Shown here in pieces: positions 39,263-53,133 of a stretch of DNA of 63,064 bases. The DNA lies in the NCBI RefSeq assembly GCF_001194135.2, contig NC_068984.1, positions 55,532,585 through 55,595,648 of the forward strand, written 5' to 3'. Position numbers and translations under genes: made by a program. The notes below the pieces were generated by a model. That model ran no database searches, was not told the origin of the DNA, and was given only the letters and a program-made list of their open reading frames with translations. Source of the stretch: Octopus bimaculoides (Eukaryota). Position 1 is the stretch's first letter; the number at the start of each line of letters is the position of its first letter.

Positions 39263-40730
39263 ATTTCCAATTAGGAGAAAATCCCTCATAAATTTGGAGA
39301 AAATATAAGTGAATACTTATATGGAGATATAAGTCGTGATATGAAGAGAAGTAATTAAGTGAAAGTCAAGAAGTTTCGATAAATAGATGAAATTAATTAA
39401 AGAGAGGTTTACGGAATGTTCACAGAGGAAAAGTCTTTTCTTCCAACCTCTATATTTGTATTTGAAAATTTCTAACGGTGAAATCCATTTTAGCTGGTGT
39501 TTGTCATAACTTTATCTCGTTCTTTCTTCCTTTTCACAATGTGGGTTGCTTTGAATTCTAGGAATAATTGAAATTAACGGTTGTATTCTTCAAGAAACCA
39601 TACGCCTTCAAAAGTGTCTTGTGATGAAAAAAAAAAAAAAGCAAAAACAATGATAGTTTGCGACTGAGATGTCTGCACTATTTTGCACCAACAGACTTTA
39701 CTTGCGAGATTTCTAACACTCTACAATATTCGCACAAAAGATAATATACTTTTTCCTAATCTATTATTAACGAAAGTGTTGTGTATTTGCACGTGAAGGA
39801 TAAAAATTTGATCATTGAAGGGGTGACAATTCCGAATGCTATTATAATAAATCTACAGAACAAAGAAGTATCGTACAATCACAAACACTTGAGAGAAATT
39901 TAGTTATATAATTATACGTAAGAATATATGACAAATTATTGCTTTGAGGTAAAGTCATATTATTCACTAAACACACATACATACATTGATATTCATAGTT
40001 GCATTGTTATTTTTATTTTTACCAATATTATATTAAGTATCATATTGTTCGCGTTGTACATCTATGTTACTGTATATATTAGAAATCAATTGTTTAACAA
40101 TTCTTATAGGTTCTAGTTTGCTCTGGATGTATTTTTATTGTTTCATTCTCCATTTCTTCTTCAATTTGTTCTTCTTTTCTTGATATAGCTTATCTTTCCC
40201 ACTTTTCTCTTATAAACGTTGTATTAAGGATAGCAACTTGCTAGAAATTGCAGCCAATTCTTTCGGAATTAAACCGTGCGCTCTTCAAAAGAGGAAACTC
40301 ATATCGAGTAAATGTATTATATCTAAACACAAGAAATAGCAATTAAGCGAACGAGGAGTCTTCTACGATCGAACTACAACAAATTGCAGTAAAATAGCCG
40401 TTAAAACACCCTCTACTCTCCTTAACGATCACACTAGGGAGTATAACATGTGAAAAGATGAAGTAGTAGAGACAAGGAGAGAGAATATGTGTGTTCCCTG
40501 GATCTGTTAGAAACAGAAGCCCAATCATTCTCAAATCAGATTCCGTCATCTTTAAAAGGTAAAAGCAAAGTGGATCATGTCCACTGCCTTAGTAAAATTA
40601 AGATGAGATGCCCAGACAGTGGTTTGCGGCTGGAATGTCATTGATCGTGGATTTAATAAAACACGGTTGATCCGGAGCTAAACAAAATCACGTAACTCTC
40701 TTTACCCCACTCTGTTTCTCTTTTATTATA

Positions 40731-40737
40731 TATCTCT

Positions 40738-40806
<69 letters not shown>

Positions 40807-40829
40807 ACTCTCTCTCTTTCTCTCTCTCT
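40731..40829. repeat. (CT)n microsatellite; further GA/CT tracts at 44508-44667, 46526-46614 and 53078-53130
   Basis: Read directly from sequence. Confidence 0.95.
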
Positions 40830-42514
40830 TATCCTAAAAGATTTACAATATCCTCCTTTTAATTGGTATTTTTATTTGCCATTAATCATCTTTTCAATTT
40901 TTGCGTGTTCTGTTTTTTATTGTGAGGATGATGTTCCTAATTTTTTTATTTAGCGGCAGAAACACCGACACATGCAACAAGAAGTTATCCTCAGACTAGA
41001 AACTTAAATCAAACGTTTACATTTTCCCCCCTTTGCTAGTTCATTATTTTCATTCCTCTCCGCACATATGATGAGAGGAAACTGTAGCTTTGTGTACATT
41101 ACAATTTATTGCATAACTTTTAATGTTAATGAAATTTAACATCAAAATTAAGGAAAATGAATCAAACAAAAACAATACGACTAATGATAATGAATTGTTC
41201 AACTTAAAATCAATTTCCTCACTGGAATCCCCAAGTTCCCTTCAGGAAGAAATTTCTTCTAGATTAAGACAACCTCATGATATGAAAATAATGATTACGT
41301 GAAAAGATCTATATTAAATGTGCATGAGAAAGGGAGACGAGCAAACAAGAGTTATACTTGCACACAAACACATGTAGAAAGAAAGAAAGAAATGGAAATG
41401 GAAATGGAAAGAAAAGTCATTATATTTTGCCATCCACTCTTACAAACTCCCTGGCTAGCTATCCCCACCTGAATTTCCTATGAAATATTGGAAGTCATTG
41501 TTGGCGTTAAAAAAATCTTCGAAATCATTAAAATATTAAATGTTTTGTTCCATAAACTTGAATAACTAGTTGCAACGGACATAAACTCATGTCACAGAAG
41601 CCAACAGACAATACCTTATGACCATGAATATGTCATAATTCATTTCATAGATATTTTTTCATACGGAAACCGTTCATCTCATTCTCCGTATGAAATTCGC
41701 GCCGTATTGATAATGTTATATTTCTGTTAATAAATATTCACGTAATAATTTAAAACGGTGAAATTTATTAGTGTTCACAATGTATACTACATAATTTAAT
41801 TATCCTCATGATAGTTATTGGCATTTCTCTGTGATTAAATTACGTTTGAACCGCCGAGGGTGGTCTTTGATCTGTGTGAAACCTCCCTCAACAAAAGATG
41901 TTCAGTCAGTGTATTTGGTAACTAATCGCTGCTGGACTTTACAATCTCTACTAATTACTTCCTTATTGTTATTCTTCTGAATAACTTTCAGATAATCTGT
42001 ACCGATTTTATCCAAGAAAGTAGATAGATATCACATCATGCTGTCATTAAGCGCTTCCGTCCTGATATTACATCTTTATTTGATAGTTTAATCTATCTCT
42101 GAGACATCTGAGAAAACTAAATTCCGAACAAGCATTCAGCTTCATTATCATCAAATTGTCATAGGACTACACAATTGGATTAGCAGAATCGTTTGAGCAT
42201 GTGACAAAACGCTGTGCAGTGTTTCTTACGGATCTCTAAATTCCGAGTTCAAATCCCACCACGGACTAAAGAGATTTCACAATCCGATAATATTTGTCAT
42301 TCAGTTGGTTAGAAAATCTCTTTTATTACCTGGAATTTTCCCATTTCCGAAATTTTAGGATGTGACTCTCATGACTCCTGCAATGAAATTAGTGAGGTAA
42401 TGGATTCGACAATGTATCAACACATTAAGCAGGAAATTACCGAACTTCATTGTGGTAATTTCCTGCTTAACGCTTTTCGTTTCTTTCTTTATTCCCTGAA
42501 AGTAAATATTGATT

Positions 42515-42680
42515 TCAAATTATGACACAAAACCAGCTATTTCGAGTGAGTGGGTAAGTCGATTATATCGACCTCAGTGCTGAACTGGTACCTATTTTAT
42601 TGACCCGAATTGATGAAAGGCGAAGTTGACCTCAGCGGAATATGAATTCATAACGTGAAGACGGACGAAGTGCCGCAGAA
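42515..42680 (-). mobile_element. tRNA-derived SINE, family D
   Basis: gattatatcgacctcagtgctgaactggtacctattttattgacccg...gatgaaaggcgaagttgacctcagcggaat is the reverse complement of the family D body. Confidence 0.75.
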
Positions 42681-42780
42681 ATAATGTATTGACTATGATA
42701 CATTTCATTCTGTAACTAACATTCTTAAAAAAATAACAATTTGTTGAGTTATTGCTCTTCTCTTATTTCTGCTTCACTGC

Positions 42781-42936
42781 TTCTTCTTCTTCTTCTTCTT
42801 CTTCTTCTTCTTCTTCTTCTTCTTCTTCTTCTTCTTCTTCTTCTTCTTCTTCTTCTTCTTCTTCTTCTTCTTCTTCTTCTTCTTCTTCTTCTTCTTCTTC
42901 TTCTTCTTCTTCTTCTTCTTCTTCTTCTTCTTCTTC
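42781..42936. repeat. Pure (TTC)52 trinucleotide tract
   Basis: 156 uninterrupted nt read directly. It explains the poly-L, poly-S and poly-K ORFs. Confidence 0.98.
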
Positions 42937-43118
42937 TGCGGCGGCGGTGGCGATGACTCTTTACGTTCTGAGTACAAATCTCACTGAAGTGAACTTTTCT
43001 TTGCTTTCTTTCAAAATCGGTGAATCAGATTGCCTCCTCCCTTCAACAAAAAATTATTACTATTATTATTGTTGCTGTTGCTGCTGCTCCTGTTGTTGTT
43101 GTTGTTGTTGTTGTTGTT

Positions 43119-43320
43119 AAGATGACGAGCTGGCTGAATCACTAGTACGCCGGACAGAATGCTTAGTGGCATTTCGTCCGTCTTTACCTTTTGAATTCAT
43201 CCTTTCAGGATCGATAACATAAGTATCAGTTAAGGACTGGGGGTCGATGTTATTGTCTCGTCCCCTGCCCCAAAAGTTAAGGCCTTGTGACTGCAGTAGA
43301 AAGTATTATGATTATTATTA
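43119..43320 (+). mobile_element. tRNA-derived SINE, family D
   Basis: gatgacgagctggctgaatcactagtacgccggacagaatgcttagtggcatttcgtcc...cctttcaggatcgata...ggggtcgatg...ggccttgtg...(TTA)n tail. Confidence 0.8.
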
Positions 43321-44509
43321 GACTTCTTCTGTAGTCTAATGTGAATCCAAATTGAGTAGAATTATAGTCAAAGGCTCTCTTCAATGTCCTTTATTTTTCA
43401 AAAAGTGTGTATGTTCTTTGAAGGAAATAAGACTAACGCTTTTCACTGGTGAAAGGCATCGGATCGACGGAATCATTAGAACGTTTGACAAAATGCTTTC
43501 CGAAACTTAACTACGACTCTTTACATTCTGACTCAAATTTAAATTTGTCTTTCCTCCAACCGGAATTGATAAACTACAGTAACAATTAAATTCTGAAATC
43601 ATGTAAACGACTGTGTTTTCCGAAAATTTCTGGCCTTTCTAGTGATATGGTAGAATTTCCCACCTAGATTCGGAATTTTCATTCTTCTAGCTGGAGTGAC
43701 AGAAACGTTGTCTTACAGTCTTTAGTTTGGTTTTCCATTTTCCTCGCGTTCAAATGCCTCTGACCAAGTTATTTCCTTTCATCTTTTTATAATCGATACG
43801 TTGCTGCGGCCGAATAACTTCTCTATATCTTTCTATTAAATACGTGTCCTACAGACCAATATAATCAAATTTTATAGAAGCTTATTTTTTAACTTTGATG
43901 TTCTTTTATGAAACATTTTTTGTTGATATCACAGAAACACTCTGTGAATTCTCCTCGCTTGGGCAAATGATTTGTTAAAATATTAATTATCTCAGAGCAA
44001 GTGTTAAAGTCCAGATGTGATTATTAAATCATATGACATTAAAGATTACCGGTTGAAGCCATTTCTCTAACATATGCAATTGATGCTCTTGAGAAAATAA
44101 ATTAGTCGTGCGATCTTATCCACCCTATAATCTATAATACGATGGTATTTGTACTTGTGAGAGGAGAAGATAATAGAAATATATTAATGGCGTATTTCTT
44201 CAGGAGAGTTGGTGCATTATTCTCAACAGTCTTTGTAAAACACAAAAGAATATCTTTCTCGTGCACCTAAAAATGATTTATATTATTTAGACCTGGAAGT
44301 CAGCGCTATTGCCGTAACCCTCCCAAGCCTTACCACATAAGTGATATTAATGCATTTTAATTGCAATTACAACTGTGTATGAGTTTACAGCATCGTCGGA
44401 ATATTTGTATCTAATTCTAGTTTGGTGTAGTTTTATTATGAATAGCAAGAAATAAAAATCTTGCTGAGTAGGTGAAGAAGGACATATTCAGGTAGCATGA
44501 ATCTCGCTC

Positions 44510-44558
<49 letters not shown>

Positions 44559-44611
44559 NNNNNNNNNNNNNNNNNNNNNNNNNNNNNNNNNNNNNNNNNN
44601 NNNNNNNNNNN

Positions 44612-44673
<62 letters not shown>

Positions 44674-44802
44674 ACTTGATTGTATATACATATATGCATT
44701 ATATATATAAAGATCTATGTGTGCAAAAATATCTATACGTACATGCATACAGTCACATAAGTATATACATACATACATATGTATATATTTATATATATAT
44801 AC

Positions 44803-44850
<48 letters not shown>

Positions 44851-44984
44851 NNNNNNNNNNTCTAAGCTAAGAGCATTAGATTGCTTGAAAGAAAGCAGCG
44901 AATGTATACAAAAACAAGGACGGAAAAAACAACAATGTTACACAAAAGCAATAAAAATGATGACAGGACATAACAACAGCTGTC

Positions 44985-45430
44985 TTTTGACTAAGGACGA
45001 ATTGAATTAAGCTGGCGTGTGTGGAAATGAAGCCTTACAGCAGGGATACAAGATTTCACAGGCACAAAGAGGAATATCGATGTTGCACAGACAACGGCCG
45101 GCCAAGAACGAAAGATCAGACCTGGCCGAACGCCAGTCCGTCGGAAGAGAAGAGAGAGAGGTAGAGGAAGATTCTTCGTTTTCTTCCATCCTTGTTTATC
45201 TATGCCTTCGCTGCTCTCTTCCAAGGAATCTCATGCTCTTAGCTTAGTTTTTCCTTGGCGCTGGCCAGATTGGAGCAATAACCAACCGAAATTGCAAAGA
45301 TAATCTGGAACTCAGCTGAGGAAAGAAAACTCCGAATGACCTGTCCTTGTTTATTTTGTATCGTCTATCTGGATGTTTTTGTCCCTTTCTTGTATCATCT
45401 AACTATCTGAAAGTTTTGCGCACTTGTCCC
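44985..45430. repeat. Unclassified GC-elevated interspersed repeat fragment
   Basis: Abrupt compositional block next to a gap and a microsatellite. It resembles a recalled octopus repeat, but no protein motif was recognised. Confidence 0.35.
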
Positions 45431-46119
45431 ATTTTGTATTATATATATATATATATATATATCGTTTCTTTTTAATTTTTTTTCAGTCATTAGAATGTAA
45501 ACATGCCATGGTGGGGCACAGACTTGAAGAATCTGTGCTTCAATGAAATTCTTCAAGGCGGTTCCCAAGCATGGCCGCGATCTAATGAGTGAAATAAGTA
45601 TATATATATATATATATATATATATATNNNNNNNNNNNNNNNNNNNNNNNNNNNNNNNNNNNNNNNNNNNNNNNNNNNNNNNNNNNNNNNNNNNNNNNNN
45701 NNNNNNNNNNNNNNNNNNNNNNNNNNNNNNNNNNNNNNNNNNNNNNNNNNNNNNNNNNNNNNNNNNNNNNNNNNNNNNNNNNNNNNNNNNNNNNNNNNNN
45801 NNNNNNNNNNNNNNNNNNNNNNNNNNNNNNNNNNNNNNNNNNNNNNNNNNNNNNNNNNNNNNNNNNNNNNNNNNNNNNNNNNNNNNNNNNNNNNNNNNNN
45901 NNNNNNNNNNNNNNNNNNNNNNNNNNNNNNNNNNNNNNNNNNNNNNNNNNNNNNNNNNNNNNNNNNNNNNNNNNNNNNNNNNNNNNNNNNNNNNNNNNNN
46001 NNNNNNNNNNNNNNNNNNNNNNNNNNNNNNNNNNNNNNNNNNNNNNNNNNNNNNNNNNNNNNNNNNNNNNNNNNNNNNNNNNNNNNNNNNNNNNNNNNNN
46101 NNNNNNNNNNNNNNNNNNN

Positions 46120-46180
<61 letters not shown>

Positions 46181-46520
46181 GTATGTGTATAAGAGGAATT
46201 GGCATTAATCTACGCAGTCTAAACTGTACCTGTAATTTCTCGATGAGTTTTACTTCATTCTCGATTTCTTAAATTCAATAAAGGAACAGACGGAATTTTT
46301 AGAGCGTCTGATGAAATGCCCCACACTATCTTTTCTATTCCAATCATATCTTAGTTCGAATTCCAAATCCTCTTATTACCTACTTCATAAGGAAAAAGAG
46401 CAGGGAATTCAAGAACTATCAATCGGGGCGAGAACTCCAATATTTGATAGAATGAAGCGACGATTAGACCTAAAGAAGCATTAACATACACATACACATA
46501 TATATATATATGTATATATG

Positions 46521-46592
<72 letters not shown>

Positions 46593-46947
46593 GGGGAAGA
46601 GAGTGAGAGAGAGAAAATATCAGAAATAAGGATTACTGCGAAGTAGCAATAGCATTACATTTAATTCTATAAATATATACCGATTTTTAAGACCAACACA
46701 TGTTTCAATTGCATCGATTATTAAAAATTTCAACTGCAATCCTACTACAAAACGGTGAAGTCTCTTCAGAGTTTTAACTTGATATCGCTTCGTATGGCCG
46801 TTTAATTATATTCTTTTATAAACTCTGCATTGTATAATTTAGATCTGTCCGTTAAGTCACACGCGAAGAATCTCTATTTCAAGTTTTTATTGGATAAATA
46901 TTTTCATCCAACATTTCAAAGCCTTGTATAGTTTAAATGATAATTAT

Positions 46948-47295
46948 TCATTTATATTTAGCAAATGTGAATTTCCTCATGTGCAAGCATCTCAATGCTT
47001 GCTCCTGTCTAGAATTTATTACATTACCACTGGATGTGCAAATCTTGTAAAAGTGTTCTAAACATAGGTCACATCAATTAATTTTGGGTCAGTGTTGTGT
47101 TGCAGTCCAAATTAACTCCCATTTAATCGTATAGTCCTTAAAAGAGCAGATTAATTTGCTAAGATTCGTTTGGGTCTTTTTAAGTTTCTCTTTAAATAAA
47201 CTAAAATGATTTGCTCGTCTCCACTTCAAAATTCATGATGTCCCACCGATGTAAAAGAATTCCTTACCCTCAGATCTAATTATACATCTAGGTAT
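46948..47295 (-). mobile_element. Second Penelope-like GIY-YIG endonuclease C-terminal fragment
   Basis: [30 protein letters not shown]....TNLSKLI...IKWELI....CDLCLE....NSRQE...RCLHMRKF to TGA. Clearly homologous to the 22.0-22.4 kb fragment. Confidence 0.88.
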
Positions 47296-47401
47296 GTAAA
47301 AAATGCATATATATATATATATGCACACATATATGAATGTATATATAAATATACATACACATATATGTGTATACATATACACATATATATACATACACAT
47401 G

Positions 47402-47455
<54 letters not shown>

Positions 47456-47847
47456 NNNNNNNNNNNNNNNNNNNNNNNNNNNNNNNNNNNNNNNNNNNNN
47501 NNNNNNNNNNNNNNNNNNNNNNNNNNNNNNNNNNNNNNNNNNNNNNNNNNNNNNNNNNNNNNNNNNNNNNNNNNNNNNNNNNNNNNNNNNNNNNNNNNNN
47601 NNNNNNNNNNNNNNNNNNNNNNNNNNNNNNNNNNNNNNNNNNNNNNNNNNNNNNNNNNNNNNNNNNNNNNNNNNNNNNNNNNNNNNNNNNNNNNNNNNNN
47701 NNNNNNNNNNNNNNNNNNNNNNNNNNNNNNNNNNNNNNNNNNNNNNNNNNNNNNNNNNNNNNNNNNNNNNNNNNNNNNNNNNNNNNNNNNNNNNNNNNNN
47801 NNNNNNNNNNNNNNNNNNNNNNNNNNNNNNNNNNNNNNNNNNNNNNN

Positions 47848-47910
<63 letters not shown>

Positions 47911-47967
47911 CATATATATATGCATATATATACATATATATATATAAATACATATGCATATATTCAC

Positions 47968-48075
47968 GGGCATATGGCGTAGTGGTTAAGGCTATAGGGT
48001 ATATCAGCCGAAACGTTGTGTTAACAACAAGCAAGATGAGGACAAATATCCGTCAAATGTAAATAATGTACATAA
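47968..48075 (+). mobile_element. Short chimeric or deleted element: tRNA A-box head joined to the 3' half of a minimal hammerhead-ribozyme-like motif
   Basis: ggcatatggcgtagtggttaag is directly followed by gct-atagggtatatc-agcc-GAAA-CGTT-gtgtt. The CUGANGA half is missing. Confidence 0.5.
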
Positions 48076-48589
48076 TCCCTCATCTCTCAAATATAGAACT
48101 GTATAAGTTTCTTTATTAGCCACATAGGGCCGAGCACAGAGGGGACAAAATGCAATGTAGAGTTTTCCTTTCTGAAAATAGACAAAAATGGAGTCAAAAA
48201 TAAATTTCCAATCAAAAGGGATCGTGTTTTAAAAAAGCGATCAAATGGGATCACAAAAATATCATAAAGGTATCACAAAAATTATCATAAATGTAATGTG
48301 GTGTGGCATTGTTGTGCATGGGTGATTCTTTGTTTTGGTATCATTTTCTGTTATGTTGGTGTTTGACCTAATGTATTCCATTAGGTCTGGATTCTTGGTG
48401 TTTATAGTTGTCAACATTGTTGTGTATGTCTGGTGGGGATAGTATGTTTGTGTTGATGCTTTTGTTTTTTTTATGGTGTTTTGGTTTCGGGAGTGGTAAA
48501 ACTCCCTGCTTTGTTTGTCTGCTTCTCTATTTTCTATTTTTTCCCCTCTATCTGTCTCGATTGATGTGATGTCCCATCTGCTGTACATA

Positions 48590-48725
48590 TTTTCCCCACC
48601 TGGTTCGTCGAAGGGTTACACATTTCAGCAATCTGAGTGGACTGGAGCCATTTGAGATGAAGTGTTTTGTTCAAGAACAACGCATCGCCCGGCTATGAGT
48701 GCAGCACCCTAGCTACTAAACCACT
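48590..48725 (-). mobile_element. Degraded tRNA-derived SINE head
   Basis: Reverse complement: agtggtttagtagctaggg...ccgggcgatgcgttgttcttgaacaaaacacttcatctc...ctccagtccactcag. Confidence 0.6.
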
Positions 48726-50317
48726 TTCCTCCACATATATACACATATGTACACACAGAAAAAAACACACACACACACAAACGCATGCACACACACAAAC
48801 ACACACACACACACACAAACATACATACATACATACATACGTACGTACGTACGTACATACATACATTCATACATACAATATGTAGTGTACATACATACAC
48901 ACAACTACATACATACAGATAAATCTTTGTGCATATCAAGAATGTTCTCTCGTAGAACGGTGTTTTTGTCTGAATTCCATGACATTTCGCTATATTTCAT
49001 GTAATATACTTGACGCCGTAATCGAAGTTACTTTTATTATTAACATTAATTTTATCTTTTCGATCATGCTTCGCTCAGACAAATTAAATTATCGGGCAAT
49101 TAGAGAATGTAAATGTTTTTTTTTTGTTCCATTTTAATCAATCTTTTTTTTTACATTTCGTCTGAAGATTAAGTCTATATTATCTACACATGTGGCTCCG
49201 AGTAACGTGATAGAAATACAGTTCTCGGAGTAGCTGTTAGTTGTACTGAGTATATTTTTTCAGTACAAATTCCATTCTCACAATCAAACTGATGTGTATA
49301 TGTATGACCGTGTGTTTGTGTGTGTGTGTGTATACACGTTTGCAAACATTTTTTTGCCTTTGATGGTTTCTACCACAGGCAGAAATTCAACAACTTTACG
49401 ATGACAGGTTCATCAAATGCATTGACTCAAGTACTTCTCTGTTTAAATCCCAAACTCAGTTCTAATAGCAAAGTGTGTGAAGTCAACTTGGCGTTGCTGG
49501 TACTCAATCAGAATTGATATTGGAAGACATTTATAGTAGTACGTTGTGCAATAATGACATTAGCATGATATTTAGTCCGGCATACTTGGGTGGACTCGAG
49601 TGTGAAGTGTTTCTGCTGTATCGCACGTTCGACGTACAATATAACAAAATAATAAATAACGTCCTCGCAAATCGTTCTACTCAAAATACACAACGCTTGT
49701 AATTACACTCGACAATACGCAACTCTCCGTTTTACACAGCACACCGACTCTCTCCCACACTCACTGCGCATGTCAATTTATATTGTGACACAGTCCATTA
49801 GGGGTCAACCAAATAGGGGGGTTCTACTTCTATACAATACCTACCTCTTTTGAGATTGGCTTTGTCCTTTTTCTTATTCTTTTATTTTTATCATAATTTT
49901 ATTTCCTTGGTGAGAAACTGGCATATCTCGTTCTCTTGGCTTTAATTTCCCTCATTTCTGTATGTTTTCTTTTCCTGTTCGACCTATGTATCGGTTCTGC
50001 TTTCACTTNNNNNNNNNNNNNNNNNNNNNNNNNNNNNNNNNNNNNNNNNNNNNNNNNNNNNNNNNNNNNNNNNNNNNNNNNNNNNNNNNNNNNNNNNNNN
50101 NNNNNNNNGTATGTATACATGTGAGATACACACACGCACACTTACATACACACAAAGAGACACACACACATATTATATATGGTTTGTGCCTGAAGTATAT
50201 GTTTGAGTTTTCTCTACATATGAAACTATTAGTAGCGCTTTAATACGTGCATTGTGACCCTTAAATATATATAGAGAGAGACAGAGAGTGTGTGTGTGTG
50301 TGTCTGTGTGTGTGTGT

Positions 50318-50358
<41 letters not shown>

Positions 50359-51981
50359 TGTGTGTGTGTGTGTAGAAGGTCATTGCGACCAGACTGATAT
50401 ATTATGTGTCCAATAGACCTGTCCTCGTAAGAGATTCCAAACATTAGACGGACTTACTTTGCACAATATATCATACTGAGTACAGTTTAGTATCTTATGT
50501 ACATGCCCCTTTTGCAGTTGTTTGTTATTTTCCGTCGTTCTAAAATGTTTCATAATTAATTCAATCCATTAAGAATCTCCATTAAACACTTTAGCAGACA
50601 TTTAAATATACTGTATATCTTTTGTTTCTAAGTAATATGAACTGCCAATATTTATTTACCGTTGCTTTAAGATATAAGATATATCTTTCGTGCGGAAAGA
50701 AGTGGAGTTAGACGAAAACGTCGAGCTACAGGGTATGTTAATTCAAGTATTTAATCTCTTCTTTTAGTTATTTTCACATTTGTGAAGCCCAGGTTGACTT
50801 TATATTGGTTTGGGCTCGATAAGAAACAGTAAACTAGAGAGGTTATTTTAATCGATCGTGCTTGTTTCCTACAAATATACATCCAGAATCAATAGTACCT
50901 AAAAGACAGTGTTTACTTTAATAAATATGCTTTCCTTAATACACTGGATTCTATTTTCTACTTCAACATTCTTCTAAGGTATATATTTCTACCAGTGGAG
51001 ATGAAAAGTGTAGAACAAGAAAAGAGCCCCAAGCAAAGAACGATGTCATAATTCAAAATAGTGCGGATAGTTATTTCATTTCATTTTTGCCGCTATTCCT
51101 TTTAGGATAGACATAAACTGTCTATTTATTTTCATGTGACCCTTGCGATGACCAAAAATAAATCAATATTTAAACGATTTTTAAGTAAAAAGGCATTGTC
51201 CCATGAGATTGTTTAATATAATTTCAGATTTCTGCAAATATTTATATTTATGAAAATACAAATTTGAAATGTCAGCTTAGTTTATATCAGAGAACGCTAT
51301 AAGTAACATACAAATTTATGCACTACATTCAGCTATAATTTTTATATTTGAAGTCCTTCTTCCCTTTTTTTATACGTTTTCTATTGCATTGAAGGTTGCT
51401 ACATTAATAACAAAGAACACTTTAATTCTGCTAAACTCTCCGCTTTACAACAGTATTTGAGTTCAGATACCGCAACGGTTAACCTTGCTCTTCATCTCTC
51501 TACATTTAAAAAATTACTTTGAAATACTATCTAGTAAAAATAATTCATCTTTATTTTAAACCCAGTTTATTCTGAGTTCAAAGTCTACTTTTTGAACTTC
51601 ATAAACTAAGTATTAATGATCAATTGACTACACACACACATGCACACACAAACACACAAACACACACGTGTATGTGAATATAAATATATATGTGTATAAA
51701 GTGACAAGGGAATAAATTGTGTTGTGAACTTCATGAGCTTACAGCTGCTTATATTATAATGTGCAATGCACCTATAGCTGAGTGCTTGTGTATTACCCTA
51801 TAGCTTCATCGGAGATTCAAAAGTGAAGTACATTATTACTTTCTTATTACAGCGCTGTACACGACTGACACTTTGTTCTGAAACATATGTATATTGAATT
51901 CTAACAACAGGTTATTAGTATTGCAATGGCTAAGCAATACTAAGCTATGCTGATATATATATACATACATACATACATACA

Positions 51982-52030
<49 letters not shown>

Positions 52031-53074
52031 GCATATATATATATATATAGATAACATCATTTCTTATACAATTTTGTCCAACTACATAAATCTATCTTTA
52101 CAACAATTCTTTCATGCATTTATTCTCGTCTGATTAAATTTGTTATTCACTTAACATACTCTCGCTGATACTATGCAAATGCAGTCATCTAATTTACACA
52201 TTTTGCAACTGTAATAGGTTTCCATAGTGTCTCACAGAAACGACAAACGTCTACCGAAATTATTCAAATCCCATGGTCTTCTTTAGCAATTTAATACTAG
52301 TCAAATGACGTAGCTAATATTTGTATAGATATCAATCTTGAATAACAAAAAAAAAAAACAATAAAATGTTTAACACACTGCAGTAAACAAATATTCTTCT
52401 GCATGTATAATAAACTAATTGTTCTACAATTCCAGAAGCTTCTTACTAAAGGTCAAATAACATTTAAACATTACATAAACAAAGAACAATTAATCTAGCT
52501 TTATGACGAACGAGATGAGTAAGTAATTATTTGACCATATGTAACTAAAGGTCGATGCATAATCCATTAGTTCTATGTCAGCTTCAGCTTATTTAGGAAA
52601 TATCTAACATTATTTAGCTTCCTTACAAAAACGTACGGAATTCTTTGTTTGATGTGATGTCAAGGATTTGACTTTTCTCATCATTCATAATATAAATATG
52701 AGAAGTTATAAACCAACACCGCGAAACTATTACTTTTTAAACAAATATAACTTTACTAAGCTCCACTATTGAGTTCTTTGACTAACAGGAAAAATATGTA
52801 GAAGTGTGTTATTGTTCTGTATTCGTTGTATATTTTAATTATTATAGATTATATGTGAAGTTTAAAAGCGTTAGTTATCTCTGAATTACTCAAGCATTAC
52901 ATTGATCTTATTGAACTTGTTTTGTTTATAATTTTGTTGGCACAATGTTTCGATAGGAAAAATCTGCTATCGACGTCTGGGTCACATTCGTACTTCCCTG
53001 AAATCAAGCTTGGAAGTACGAAGGAACAATTAAGACAAATGAGTGGGGGGGGGAACATATAGAGAGACAGAGAA

Positions 53075-53133
<59 letters not shown>

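Noticed and set aside
41120-41295. ~59-aa N/S/E-rich plus ORF (MKFNIKIKENESN...SLQEEISSRLRQ)
   Set aside because: No convincing splice sites or homology; the length is within chance expectation.
42741-43120. Poly-Leu, poly-Ser and poly-Lys ORFs (similar ones at 62134-62891)
   Set aside because: Produced by (TTC)n, (AAG)n, (CAA)n and (TTA)n tracts.
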